Source: a virus. Taken from it: DNA of 64,000 nucleotides. Shown piece by piece: positions 38,183 through 48,546 of this stretch. The notes below the pieces were generated by a model. It did no database searches. It saw nothing but the letters and a program-made list of their open reading frames with translations, and had not been told where the DNA came from. The stretch is taken from IMG/VR virus record IMGVR_UViG_3300045988_183972; one strand, written 5' to 3'. Every line of letters begins with the position of its first letter. The first letter of the stretch is position 1. A program made the translations under genes and the position numbers.

Positions 38183-38524
38183 ATGAAAAACTATGATATT
38201 TATTCAAAAATTTTTTATGGGAAAGTAGGTTCAGGAAAGACAACAAGGATTATTAACGATTTAAGAAAATTAATAACAAAATATCCCGATATTAAAATCT
38301 TTATCATGGAAGATTTTCCTGAAATAAAAGATGGTATAAAGGATTTTGTATCTATAGAGAATATTTCTACTGCTTTAAATGATGATATTGATTTAATTGT
38401 AGTAGGAGATTATGTAACAAAGAATATACCTATATCTTTATTAACGCCTTATATTTATTATAAACCTATATATTTTGAACTAAGAACCGAAAAAGAATTA
38501 GAAGTTATAAAATCAGAAAGATAA
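38183..38524 (+). CDS. small P-loop NTPase-like protein (113 aa)
   Basis: Walker A GKVGSGKTTRI near N-terminus; AGGGAGAAAAAGTATG RBS. Confidence 0.4.
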   Translation: MKNYDIYSKIFYGKVGSGKTTRIINDLRKLITKYPDIKIFIMEDFPEIKDGIKDFVSIENISTALNDDIDLIVVGDYVTKNIPISLLTPYIYYKPIYFELRTEKELEVIKSER

Positions 38525-38632
38525 AAGTATAAAAGAAGTCAAGGAATTAATTAAAAAATATGATAACACTCATACACTATTATAATATTATTATAGTGAA
38601 ATAATAAGGCTATTTTATAGAAAGGGGAAAAG

Positions 38633-39019
38633 ATGTTTAATTTTGTTTATGTAATTGACTCTTGTACAAGTGAAATGATAGAAGTTTTAAAAATGATAGT
38701 AATGATAGGAGAATGTATACTTATAATCGGAGCTGGTGCAATCTCTTTATCAAGTTTTTACTGGGCTTTCGATAAAATAAAAGGTAAAACTGTACTTATC
38801 GCAATATCCATTATGTTTACAGGTTTTATTGTAGCAGCAATAGGTATTGGAAATCTTAACCGGAATATAAAAACTGTAATTAAAAACGATTATCCTGATG
38901 CAGTAATAATAAATATGACAGCTAAAGATAAGACTTTATACGGTACTTTTCAAGCAAATAAAGCGGAGTATTGTTATAAGATTGAAAATAATCAGCTACA
39001 AATATGGGAAAAAGACTAA
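38633..39019 (+). CDS. hypothetical membrane protein (128 aa)
   Basis: Two hydrophobic segments (MIVMIGECILIIGAGAISLSSFYWAF; VLIAISIMFTGFIVAAIGIG); AAAGGGGAAAAG RBS. Confidence 0.4.
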   Translation: MFNFVYVIDSCTSEMIEVLKMIVMIGECILIIGAGAISLSSFYWAFDKIKGKTVLIAISIMFTGFIVAAIGIGNLNRNIKTVIKNDYPDAVIINMTAKDKTLYGTFQANKAEYCYKIENNQLQIWEKD

Positions 39020-39312
39020 AAAAACTGAGAGATAAATTATGACTCTGAAAGGAATGTAAAATATGTTAATTAGTAAAACGGGTTGTACTTATTCAATAAC
39101 AAAAGAAGATTTGGAATGTGAATATAAAAAATGATTTTCAGATGATGCAAAAGCAGTATGCGGTCTTATATTGGAGATTTTACAAGACCAACGCTTTGAA
39201 ATTCTTAATAGCCCTAATGATGAGATTGCTTTACAAACAATTAATATAAGCATTAAGTCTGTTTAAGATAGGCTTGATAAATACAATAACAATAAATAAA
39301 GAGGTAATTAAT

Positions 39313-40020
39313 ATGGATAGATTGACAAAAGTAATGCAGTGTAATGATGGTAATAAGTTGTATGATTTTTCAAATGAAGTTGAAAAAAATATTAAAGACT
39401 TTTCATCAAGGCTTGAATTAATGTTTGAAAAGCTTGCTATGTACGAAGATTTAGAAGAACATGGCAAATTGCTTCAACTCCCTTGTAATATAGACGATAA
39501 TCTGTATTATTTTGATGAAAATAATCCTGATGGAAATGAGATTTTAAAATGTACTGTAATAGAGTTTAAACATAATAGAAGAGGTATTGAGTACATAATT
39601 GGAGATTATTTTTCTAAAACAGAAGGTATAACCTATAAAATAGGTATTAAGCCATCTGAAATAGGAGTTAATGCTTTCTACAATGAAGCTGAAGCTTATG
39701 CAAAATTAGATTTGGAAGTAACAATAGGACAGACCTTATATGTTATTCCTGTAGACGGTCAGTATATAAGAAAGGCTGAAGTAGTATCAATAAATCCACA
39801 CTATTATAATGATGCAGGATTTAAACTATCTGAGATGAGCAGTAAGGACTATAAGTATTATCTTGATGTTAAAGTAAGATACCTTGATGATATTCATACA
39901 GACTTACCTGTAACAGTAACATTCAGACTTAAAGACTTTAAAGATGAAGTTATTTTTACATCTGAAGAAGAAGCCAAAGAAAAACTTGCAAAATTAAAAG
40001 GTGAAATCAAGGAATTATGA
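39313..40020 (+). CDS. hypothetical protein
   Basis: Start moved to ATG 39313 (AAAGAGGTAATTAATATG); 235 aa. Confidence 0.4.
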   Translation: MDRLTKVMQCNDGNKLYDFSNEVEKNIKDFSSRLELMFEKLAMYEDLEEHGKLLQLPCNIDDNLYYFDENNPDGNEILKCTVIEFKHNRRGIEYIIGDYFSKTEGITYKIGIKPSEIGVNAFYNEAEAYAKLDLEVTIGQTLYVIPVDGQYIRKAEVVSINPHYYNDAGFKLSEMSSKDYKYYLDVKVRYLDDIHTDLPVTVTFRLKDFKDEVIFTSEEEAKEKLAKLKGEIKEL

Positions 40021-40251
40021 TAGTTCAATAGAAACTGATGAAATAGATTTAGATTAAATACAAATAGGGCTTATTTTTTTATAAATAGGCTCTTTTTTTA
40101 TATTTAATTTATTTTAAGGAAATTTTAAAATAATGATTAAAAATAAGAATTCTATATATCCATTATTATTATATATTTCAATTGTATTAAAAAAAGGAGT
40201 AAACTTTAATTATGTTAAAAAAAACGAAAATTTAAGAGAAAATAATAATAA

Positions 40252-40446
40252 TATGACACAAGAAATGATAGATATATTAAAAAATATATCAGATTTATGT
40301 TATAAGGCAAGTAATGAAGTCTATGAGGATGATGATTAAAAAAAAGGAACTGCGAAGATATTAAGTTTAGGTGATAATTTAAGTGAAGTTATTGATGATT
40401 ATATAGATAATTATGAGAAAGATTATGAAGATATAGAATTAGATTA
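40252..40446 (+). pseudogene. frameshifted paralogue of the 34214-34426 acidic protein (break in an A8 tract)
   Basis: MTQEMIDILKNISDLCYKASNEVYEDDD* then, in +1 frame, KKGTAKILSLGDNLSEVIDDYIDNYEKDYEDIELD; compare EEMIDLLKKVADLCCKASEEVYDDDKENGTANILNLCDKLQEAIDEYVLDY. Confidence 0.45.
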
Positions 40447-41099
40447 AGTAGTAGGAGATATAAATATATGTTTAATAGATATAAAAAAAATATCCTGCTG
40501 GGTATGTTGATTTATGTAAGTTTGTAAGATTTTATAATGACTGTCATTATAATGAAAACGGCATAACAAATAAAGATAAATACCATTATAAATATCGTAG
40601 TTTTTATTTACAAGGTGCTTCAAATGAAGATTGGACTGCTATTAGTCTTAGTCAAGAAAGAGCAAGGGATTAAATTTTAAAATTTATGTCTGAATATCCA
40701 GAAGCAAAAAAGCAGGCTACATAATAGACGAAAAAAAATAAAGAAAAAGATATTCGTTTAACGAAGGCATTTCATAAACTTAATATAAATTATAAAGAAG
40801 CTTATGAAATACAATGAATATTTAGATAATCAAATAATATCTGCACTAGAACGACAATATTCTTCTGATAATAAAAATAATATAAAAGATAATAATAAAT
40901 ATGATTATGATAGATAAATTTAGATAATAATATTTAAAGCAAATAGCAATAAAATAAAAACTTATAAAAGACATCTATAAAGAATATAGATGTTTTTTTG
41001 TATTTTTTTTAACTTTTTCCCATTATTATTATAAGAATTTTTACAGAAAAAGAGAATATTTGTATTTTTGTTTTAATATGGTATAATGGAGGAAAGTTT

Positions 41100-43245
41100 A
41101 TGTTTAGTAAAAGAGAGACAGAACTTAATAAAAGGTATATATATACAGAAAGAGGATATATGCACTTAAATGATGTACTTAGTAAAATAAATCAAAAAGG
41201 TCAGATATTTTCATTAAATCCTAATTTTACAACAATAAGATATATAGATAAAAACGAATATGATAATGATGTATATGAATATGTTGAACCAACATTTTTT
41301 GAGGAAAATGAAGATAATAGTAATGAAGACAATCCTAAATTTATAATTATTTCAGCTCCAGGAGCAACAGGTAAAACTGCATTAGCAAAACATATATGTC
41401 GTAAATATAATGGAATATATTGGGATTTGCCAGATACAAAAGTAGCTGAATATAGTTTTCAGGGAACAATTATGGAAGCAGTTGGCAATGATAAAATTAG
41501 TTCCTTTATTCAAAGCTTAATAGATGGTTCTAGTTTTCTGGTTATAGATGCATTTGATGAAGCCGAAACAGGTTCAGGAAGAACAGGTATTGAATTTTTT
41601 TTTAAGAGATTTTAATAATACTACTATAAATAATAAAGAAACTTGTGCTGTATTATTAGCAAGAACCGAAAGTGCATTATTTATAAAGAAATATTTTCAG
41701 GATAATAATATCTCTTATAATCATTATGAGGTAAGTTATTTTGAAGAAGATAATGCAAAAACATATATAAAAAATGGATTAGAAAAGAGAAATATTCCAA
41801 TTACTAATATTGTAAATGAATGTATAGAAGCTCAGTTTGAAGAAATTAAACGAATATTAATGAATAAAAATACTAATTCATTTTTAGGGTATGCTCCAGT
41901 ATTAAATGCTTTGTCAGCTTCATATGATGAAGAAAGAAATACTTTAAATTTACTTAAAAATACATATAATTCAGAAAGTAACTGTCATTTATTAAAAGCT
42001 ATTATGGACTCTTTATTAACAAGAGAACGTGACAAATTTATAAAATCTTTAAAAATAAAGCTATCTAATGAAATAAATAATTTTTCTGATGAAGTTTATG
42101 GTCCTAAAGAACAGATTTTAAGAATTTTTGGACAGGTTTTGTATAATGATAGTAATTTCTTCATAGAGTCTCATAAGGAAATACCTGCTCAATATTATGA
42201 AGAATATTTAGAAGCTGTTAATGCACAATTACCTCAACACCCATTCATAAAATCAAAAGACAAAAATGGTCAGATTAATTATGAATTTACAGGAATTGTT
42301 TTTAGTGATTACATAATATCTTATATGTTGTCATTAGATGATTATAAAGATTTTGCAGAAGAATATGTTTCAGAAAGAAAATATAATCCTTCTCCATTAT
42401 TGATAGAGTTTTATACTATTTTTTCTAAAAATACAATATCAGGTAAAAATATAGCTCTTATGTATAATTCATTAAAAGCACATACACAGACAGGAGATAA
42501 AACATATATTTATATAAATGGTGATAAAAATGATTGTTCTGTTGAATTTTTGCTTGAAAGAAAAAATGTAAAATACCTTTCTATTGAATTTAATATATAT
42601 GATATTCAAAAAGGAATTTATATAAATCAGTTATCAAATTGTTATATTGATATTGGGTCTGATGTTTATGTAGGAGCTGTTAATAGTGAGTCACGTATTT
42701 GCAATTCAATAATTAATTGTAATAGAATAATATGGGGTAGTGAGTATGTCTCAATTGAAGCTTACTCTCCAGGAGAGACTTCTTTAATCTGTGAAGAAAT
42801 GGGCTATATAACCCAGACTATTCCTAAATTTGAAATAAAAACAGATTATGATAAGAATTTTAAAGTGTATTGTCCATCATTAAAAGGATATTATAGATTA
42901 TTACCTTATCTTAATGAAGAAAACAATAATGATAATACTGATGATTTTATTGTTTTTGCAAATGTACTTAGAAGAATTTTTAGTTGCTTGCGTTCTCATA
43001 GTAAAGATGCTCCTGCAAGAAAAATGGATTTCATTGATAATCGTATTATTAATAATAATGAAGCAAAATTAAACATTTTAAAATTCCTTATAAATATAGG
43101 TTTATTATATACAGATGAACAGGATTGGCTTTATAAACTAAAAACAGATGAATTATCAACATATTCTATAAAATGGAATAATGTTCGTGATGGAGATTTT
43201 GCTTCTTTGGAGACATTATATAATAAGTATACTACTGATAAATAA
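41100..43245 (+). CDS. NACHT/STAND-like P-loop NTPase (~720 aa) interrupted by a frameshift in a T9 tract (41595-41603); candidate defence NTPase
   Basis: Walker A SAPGATGKTALAK, Walker B FLVIDAFDEAE (hhhhDxxDE, NACHT-like) in ORF 41100-41615; continuation ORF 41548-43245 in another frame joins across gaaTTTTTTTTTaag. Confidence 0.45.
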
Positions 43246-43507
43246 TGATAATATAAATAATACAATTGTGAGCTTATTTTTATAAAAAAATAGGCTCTTT
43301 TTTTTATATTTGCAACAATATTATTATATAAATTAATTATTTAAATATGTCTAATGGAAAGGAAGATATAATATGTTTAATAGTGTTCCTTTAACATTAT
43401 TTACAAATACATATAATAGAAAATCAAATAATAAGAGCTTTTTTAATAATGAAAAAAAGATTAACAAAAATATCAAAAATTTTATATTAGAAGGAGATAT
43501 TTATATG

Positions 43508-43723
43508 GATATAAAGACAGATGAAACAGTATTAATGTTTATTGCTGACAATAAATATAGTACTTGGATTTTACGAAAGAATGAAGAAACAATAAGTACT
43601 GGAGATATATCTGAATGCTTACAGACAATTTTTTCAAATTATGATGTAAAGGGAATTGATTTAGTCCCAACACAATTTAGTGAAAGTTGTGTATTGCAGT
43701 ATTTAATTATGGCTAAAATCTAA
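43508..43723 (+). CDS. hypothetical small protein
   Basis: Start chosen at ATG 43508 with GAAGGAG RBS (the longer 43373 start lacks an RBS). Confidence 0.3.
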   Translation, partial: DIKTDETVLMFIADNKYSTWILRKNEETISTGDISECLQTIFSNYDVKGIDLVPTQFSESCVLQYLIMAKI

Positions 43724-43819
43724 ATGGAGAATACTATGCATACTAACATATAAGCTTTTTATGTTTAAGTATGCCATATATAAACAGATAAAATAATTTT
43801 ATTAGAGAGATGAAAAATA

Positions 43820-44410
43820 ATGAATATCGAATATAATATTACTCTAAAATACACAAAAAACAATATTATAGATTTTTTGTGTAGAGAGGATGATAAAAAA
43901 TGGTTTTTACATAAGAATGATTTAAAAAATTATATAGAAAAATATATTTCAAAAATTCCTGAACCAATATTAAAAGCTTTTGATAAAGAAGGATGGAAAA
44001 TAATTTTAACAAATGAAAACTTAGAAGATAAGTTTGGTTATGATTTTGAAATATATGGAGTTACAGATAAAAATTACAAAACAATATATACTTATGCATA
44101 TCCTGTAGCAATAACTTACGGTTTGGGTCACGAAATAGGCCATTTTGTTGATATATTTTTAGGAAATATTTCAAGAACTAACCAATGGAAGAATATATGT
44201 AAACAACATAAAGAATTATCAGATATGCCAATATATTATTTTACATTAAATAAATGCGAATTTTATGATGAAGAATATTTTGCAGATAGCTTTTTATTAT
44301 TTCTTAATGACAAGACATTGCTTAAAAGATGTAATGAAAGTGCATATAATTTATTTGATAGGTTATTTAATAATATAGATATAATTATAGATATAATATC
44401 AAAAGGTTAA
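43820..44410 (+). CDS. zincin-like metallopeptidase (HEIGH motif; ATLF/M34- or PPEP-like)
   Basis: AYPVAITYGLGHEIGHFVD resembles HEFGHAVD of anthrax-lethal-factor-like/Pro-Pro endopeptidases; 196 aa. Confidence 0.4.
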   Translation: MNIEYNITLKYTKNNIIDFLCREDDKKWFLHKNDLKNYIEKYISKIPEPILKAFDKEGWKIILTNENLEDKFGYDFEIYGVTDKNYKTIYTYAYPVAITYGLGHEIGHFVDIFLGNISRTNQWKNICKQHKELSDMPIYYFTLNKCEFYDEEYFADSFLLFLNDKTLLKRCNESAYNLFDRLFNNIDIIIDIISKG

Positions 44411-44427
44411 TAAAAAAAGGAGAAAAT

Positions 44428-44958
44428 ATGAACTATAATATTATTATTACTTTAATGTTAATTATTCCTATACTAATGTTTTGTATTTATTATTGTTTTG
44501 CAGGAATAAAAGAAGAAAATATATGGGATAATCCATCAATAGATAGAGGATGTATATGTGCAATTATTGGTTTTATTAACTTTGTATGTTTTGTAGCATT
44601 TGAGATTAATAATAGTATTTTTACAACCATACTGATTATTATTGAAGTTCCTATTTTAATATGGACTGTATTTACAAAATGTTTTAATAAATTTGAAAAT
44701 AAAAAAAGGTTATATAACGAATTGTTATATATATATAATCAGGAAGATTTAACTGATTTTAAAAAGCATATGACACGAAAAGAACAAATAGAGTTTCTTA
44801 AAAGCATTAAGATTGAATGTTTTGATAGAACCAGAGAAGAAAATATAAATAGTGATGGAGAAAAAGTTGTTACAACTAAGGATATTTACCAATATATCCC
44901 ATTAATCGAAAATGAAGAAGATTTAGAATATTGGGAAGATATTTTAAGAAAGGAATAA
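44428..44958 (+). CDS. hypothetical membrane protein (176 aa)
   Basis: Three N-terminal hydrophobic helices; AAGGAGAAAATATG. Confidence 0.4.
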   Translation: MNYNIIITLMLIIPILMFCIYYCFAGIKEENIWDNPSIDRGCICAIIGFINFVCFVAFEINNSIFTTILIIIEVPILIWTVFTKCFNKFENKKRLYNELLYIYNQEDLTDFKKHMTRKEQIEFLKSIKIECFDRTREENINSDGEKVVTTKDIYQYIPLIENEEDLEYWEDILRKE

Positions 44959-45040
44959 CTTATGACTTTTAAAGAAGCAAGAAAACAAGCAAGAGAAATA
45001 GCTATCAAAATAGACCATTGGTGTTATATGTATAAAGATA

Positions 45041-45256
45041 GTGGAAAAAAATAATTATTACGTTTCAAAGAATGTAGATTATAGTGCTGACCCCAAAACA
45101 AGTTATTATGTACATAAAAGCGGAAAAATTATAAATATGTATCTTTATGAAAAAATAAATAAAAACCTTAAAAAAAGAGGTATATACACTTATCCATTCT
45201 CTCCTGTAATTATGTATCAAGTAAAAAGCTTTAGAAAAGAAGTTTTAGGTAAGTGA
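45041..45256 (+). CDS. hypothetical small protein (71 aa)
   Basis: ORF; C-terminus YPFSPVIMYQ has a degenerate duplicate at 45545-45610. Confidence 0.3.
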   Translation: MEKNNYYVSKNVDYSADPKTSYYVHKSGKIINMYLYEKINKNLKKRGIYTYPFSPVIMYQVKSFRKEVLGK

Positions 45257-45531
45257 AGGAGCGTTTTATGATAAAAGACAAAATAGAAGAAATTATAAAA
45301 AAATATTATCATTTATCAGATGATTATTATAGTGAATATAGATATGATAAGAATAATATAGAATATAATATTAAAGATGAATTAGAACAGTTTTGTATTA
45401 AAAATAGACTTCTATATAAAGTTAAAAAATGTGTTGACCCAGATAAAGAAGCATATAGTAGTGATTTACTTATATTAACATTTATAGATAAAAATAATAA
45501 ACTTCAATTATATACTATTTATATAACTTAG
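45253..45531 (+). CDS. hypothetical small protein (92 aa)
   Basis: ATG overlaps previous stop (GTGAAGGAGCGTTTTATG). Confidence 0.35.
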   Translation: MKERFMIKDKIEEIIKKYYHLSDDYYSEYRYDKNNIEYNIKDELEQFCIKNRLLYKVKKCVDPDKEAYSSDLLILTFIDKNNKLQLYTIYIT

Positions 45532-45612
45532 AAAATTTTTTAGAGAGAAGTATACGTGTTTATCCATTCTCACTTATTATTATGAATTATTTAGAAGATA
45601 GAGGTAACATTT

Positions 45613-45870
45613 ATGAATAAAAAGAGAAATATTAAATATTATATTGTGGTGTTAGTTATAGGAATACTAATTGCGTCTACATACTGGCTTCCTATTTTTG
45701 CTGTTGCTATAAATAGAAGTTTATCTATGAATGATAGTTTTTTATTATTACAAACCCAATTCCCAGAAGTTATAAATACATTAAGATGTTATTCAATTAT
45801 CGGAAGTGTAGCTATTGGATATTCAATAGGAGCAATATTTTTTGGAGAGAGGTGTAGAGGATTTGAATAA
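45613..45870 (+). CDS. hypothetical small membrane protein (85 aa)
   Basis: Two hydrophobic helices; GAGGTAACATTTATG. Confidence 0.35.
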   Translation: MNKKRNIKYYIVVLVIGILIASTYWLPIFAVAINRSLSMNDSFLLLQTQFPEVINTLRCYSIIGSVAIGYSIGAIFFGERCRGFE

Positions 45871-46270
45871 AAATGACATTAAATTAGGTGATAAGGTATG
45901 GTTTTGTGAAAATATATGGTCCGCAAGGATTGTGTATGGAATAATTGAAGATATAAAAGATGAATATATTTTAGTACACGGAAAATCATACGATAATAAT
46001 AGCTTTACAGGCAAATTACACAAAATGTTTAATGATGTTTTTAAAACTAAAGAGCAATGCCTACAAGCTATAAAAACAAAAAATGACTTGATTATTGCTG
46101 CATACAAAGAGGAAATTACTGATATTAAGAGTCTTATAAATTTTCCTCTTGAACACAATGTAGGACAATGTGAGGAATATACCGATTATGAAGCTATTAG
46201 AGCTTATAAGGAAAGAGCTGCTGAATTAGGTTTTAATATTGATTTGGAAAATAGTATAGAAAGAGATTAA
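45842..46270 (+). CDS. hypothetical protein (start uncertain, possibly TTG 45863)
   Basis: ORF overlapping previous gene end; GGAGAGAGGTG RBS-like sequence precedes TTG at 45863. Confidence 0.35.
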   Translation: MERGVEDLNKNDIKLGDKVWFCENIWSARIVYGIIEDIKDEYILVHGKSYDNNSFTGKLHKMFNDVFKTKEQCLQAIKTKNDLIIAAYKEEITDIKSLINFPLEHNVGQCEEYTDYEAIRAYKERAAELGFNIDLENSIERD

Positions 46271-46315
46271 AATTTTTTAATTTTTATTATTTTAGAGAGA
46301 AAGGCTATTTATTTT

Positions 46316-46678
46316 ATGGAAAAAGGTAATAGAAATTTATTAATTATTTTAATAATTGTAATTATAAGTAGCATAATAGGGTTTACTTATTTTGTTTATA
46401 GTTCTAAAAAAATAAGTAAAGAAAATGCTATAAAATATGAAGAAGAAAAAGATAAGCCTGAATTTAATGCTCTTACTAAAAAGAATATTTCTATTTATAA
46501 ATTATCAGATACAGAAAATACAGAATATTTTGTAAAATTTTATGATACATATTCAGGTTCTAGTAATTATTATCCAATAGGTACAAATTTATCTGGAAAT
46601 ATTATTTTATCAAGAAATTTAAAAGATAACGCTCAATTAATGATTATTAATGATAAAGTACTTATGCTTGAAAATTAA
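46316..46678 (+). CDS. N-terminally anchored small protein (120 aa)
   Basis: TM LLIILIIVIISSIIGFTYFVY; IS element inserted directly after its stop codon. Confidence 0.4.
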   Translation: MEKGNRNLLIILIIVIISSIIGFTYFVYSSKKISKENAIKYEEEKDKPEFNALTKKNISIYKLSDTENTEYFVKFYDTYSGSSNYYPIGTNLSGNIILSRNLKDNAQLMIINDKVLMLEN

Positions 46679-48045
46679 TTTACCGCAATCTCCGAAGCTT
46701 TAGCTTCGGGGTTAAGGTAACAAGATATTAGCCGACCTAAGTCAGCGGAAAGGAGAAATTGATATGATTAAAACCAATAGAGCTATTGTTTATAGATTGT
46801 ATCCAAATAAAAAGCAAGCAGAATTTTTTCAAAAGACTTTTGGATGTGTAAGATTTGTATATAATCAGATGCTTTCCGTTCAAGAAGAACGATATAAAAA
46901 TAATAAAAGTCATCTTAGTAAATTTGATATGAACTTTTATTGTAATCATAATCTTAAAACTGAATATACTTGGCTTAAAGAAATAGATAAGTTCGCTTTA
47001 ACAAATGCAATATATCACTTGGAAGATGGCTACCAAAGAATGTTTAAACATCTTGGAAAACATCCAAAGTATAAGAATAAGCATAAATCAAAGAAATCAT
47101 ATACTACAAATTTTACAAATAACAATATCGAAGTTGGAGAGAATTATATCAAGCTTCCAAAAGTCGGTAAAGTTAAAGCTAAAATCAGTCTTGATACAAG
47201 ATATTTACAAATCAAGTCCGCTACAATTACTCAAAACAGGGATGAAACCTATCAGGTATCTATTCTTTTTGAGATTATAGAAGAAGAACCAGTACAAGTC
47301 ATTCCTACTAAAAATAATACAACTGGTTTAGATTATAAATCAGATGGGTTGTATGTAAGTGATACAGGAGTAGTTGCCAATATGCCACATTATTACAAGC
47401 AGTCTGCGAATAGCCTTGCTAAACAGCAAAGAAAACTTCGTAATAAAGTAATTGGCAGTAAAAATTATTATAAACAGCAGAAAAAGGTCGCTAAAATTCA
47501 TAAACACATAGTAAATCAGAGAAAAGATTATTTACATAAACAATCTACTGCGATAGCCAAACAGTATGCTTATGTATGTGTAGAGAGTCTTAATATGAGA
47601 GCTATATCAAATAAGGGTTTTGGTAATGGTAAAGCTACATTGGATAATGGTTATGGAATGTTTTTAGATATGTTAGCTTATAAATTACAGGAACGAGGTG
47701 GAAAGCTTGTTAAAGTAGATAAATGGTTTCCATCAAGTCAGATATGTAATTGCTGTAGATTCCAAAATCCAATATTGAAAGACCTAACTATTAGGCATTG
47801 GAATTGTCCTAATTGTGGAACAACTAATATAGATAGGGATATAAATGCAGCTAAAAATATAAAACAAGAAGGATTAAGATTGTTAGGTATAGCTTAGTAA
47901 TCTAAAACATGGTAGGTATGGACGATACCGAACCTAAAAGTCTGTAGACATTGTGGGAAAACTACCAAAAGGTGTGATAATAACTGTAATGGATGAAGCA
48001 GGAATCCCTTGAGCTTTAGCTTTGGGGAGCGTCAAAGTAGAAGGA
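46679..48045 (+). mobile_element. IS200/IS605-family insertion sequence carrying only tnpB (IS1341-like), with related subterminal hairpins at both ends
   Basis: Left end tccgaagctttagcttcgggg hairpin (46689-46708), right end cttgagctttagctttgggg (48010-48029); TnpB ORF between; GC-richer than flanks. Confidence 0.65.
46764..47897 (+). CDS. tnpB: TnpB (OrfB) RNA-guided nuclease of IS200/IS605 family
   Basis: N-terminal AIVYRLYPNKKQAEFFQKTFGCVRFVYNQ, RuvC-like motifs, C-terminal zinc finger CNCCRFQNP...WNCPNCGTTNIDRDINAAKNI. Confidence 0.8.
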   Translation: MIKTNRAIVYRLYPNKKQAEFFQKTFGCVRFVYNQMLSVQEERYKNNKSHLSKFDMNFYCNHNLKTEYTWLKEIDKFALTNAIYHLEDGYQRMFKHLGKHPKYKNKHKSKKSYTTNFTNNNIEVGENYIKLPKVGKVKAKISLDTRYLQIKSATITQNRDETYQVSILFEIIEEEPVQVIPTKNNTTGLDYKSDGLYVSDTGVVANMPHYYKQSANSLAKQQRKLRNKVIGSKNYYKQQKKVAKIHKHIVNQRKDYLHKQSTAIAKQYAYVCVESLNMRAISNKGFGNGKATLDNGYGMFLDMLAYKLQERGGKLVKVDKWFPSSQICNCCRFQNPILKDLTIRHWNCPNCGTTNIDRDINAAKNIKQEGLRLLGIA

Positions 48046-48060
48046 TATGTGGCAGTACAG
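47898..48060 (+). ncRNA. putative omega-RNA (reRNA) scaffold region derived from tnpB 3' end/right end
   Basis: Position immediately 3' of tnpB within the IS right end, GC-rich structured sequence with hairpin; inferred from known TnpB biology, not from a model. Confidence 0.3.
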
Positions 48061-48240
48061 GTGATGGTCATAACTGTAGTGTTGGTTTATGGAATATAAC
48101 TGAAATAGTAAACGAAACAGAGAAAGCAAGTATTACTAATGAATTGTTAAAAGATAATAATAATTATTATAAAATAAATACATCTGATTTAGTAAAAGAT
48201 GAAACATTATTAAAATAATTATAATACATTTTTAGAAAGG

Positions 48241-48260
48241 GATTATTATTAAAAATAATC
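48241..48260 (+). terminator. AT hairpin terminator followed by promoter-like motif (48264-48292)
   Basis: gattattatt aaaaataatc inverted repeat then tctttttttATACTTTAATACACTATTATT. Confidence 0.35.
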
Positions 48261-48326
48261 TCTTTTTTTATACTTTAATACACTATTATTAAAAGATGAA
48301 AAACTTATTTAAGGAGAAGTTAAGAT

Positions 48327-48536
48327 ATGAATTTATTAGAGTGTTATGTTGAAAAGATATATTCAAAAACAGATATTACAGAAGAATATCGTAAAAAGGT
48401 AAATAACGCTATTACAGAAAAATATTATCTTGTTGATATGACTTATAATAGTTATGGTTCAGTTACCAGAACAAAAAAGATGATGAGTGAAAGTGAGTAT
48501 AATAAGATGATAGAAAAAGGATATTTTATAGGATAA
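48327..48536 (+). CDS. hypothetical small protein (69 aa)
   Basis: AAGGAGAAGTTAAGATATG. Confidence 0.35.
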   Translation: MNLLECYVEKIYSKTDITEEYRKKVNNAITEKYYLVDMTYNSYGSVTRTKKMMSESEYNKMIEKGYFIG

Positions 48537-48546
48537 GGAGAAAAAT

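Noticed and set aside
38183-38524. Calling the 113-aa P-loop protein a terminase or zeta-toxin fragment
   Set aside because: Only a Walker A is visible, and the length is too short to support any family assignment.
47005-47280. ORF in an alternative frame inside tnpB
   Set aside because: Embedded in the well-supported TnpB reading frame. No independent signals.
48009-48218. 69-aa ORF overlapping the IS right end
   Set aside because: Starts inside the GC-rich IS terminal/omega-RNA region with no RBS. More likely noncoding.
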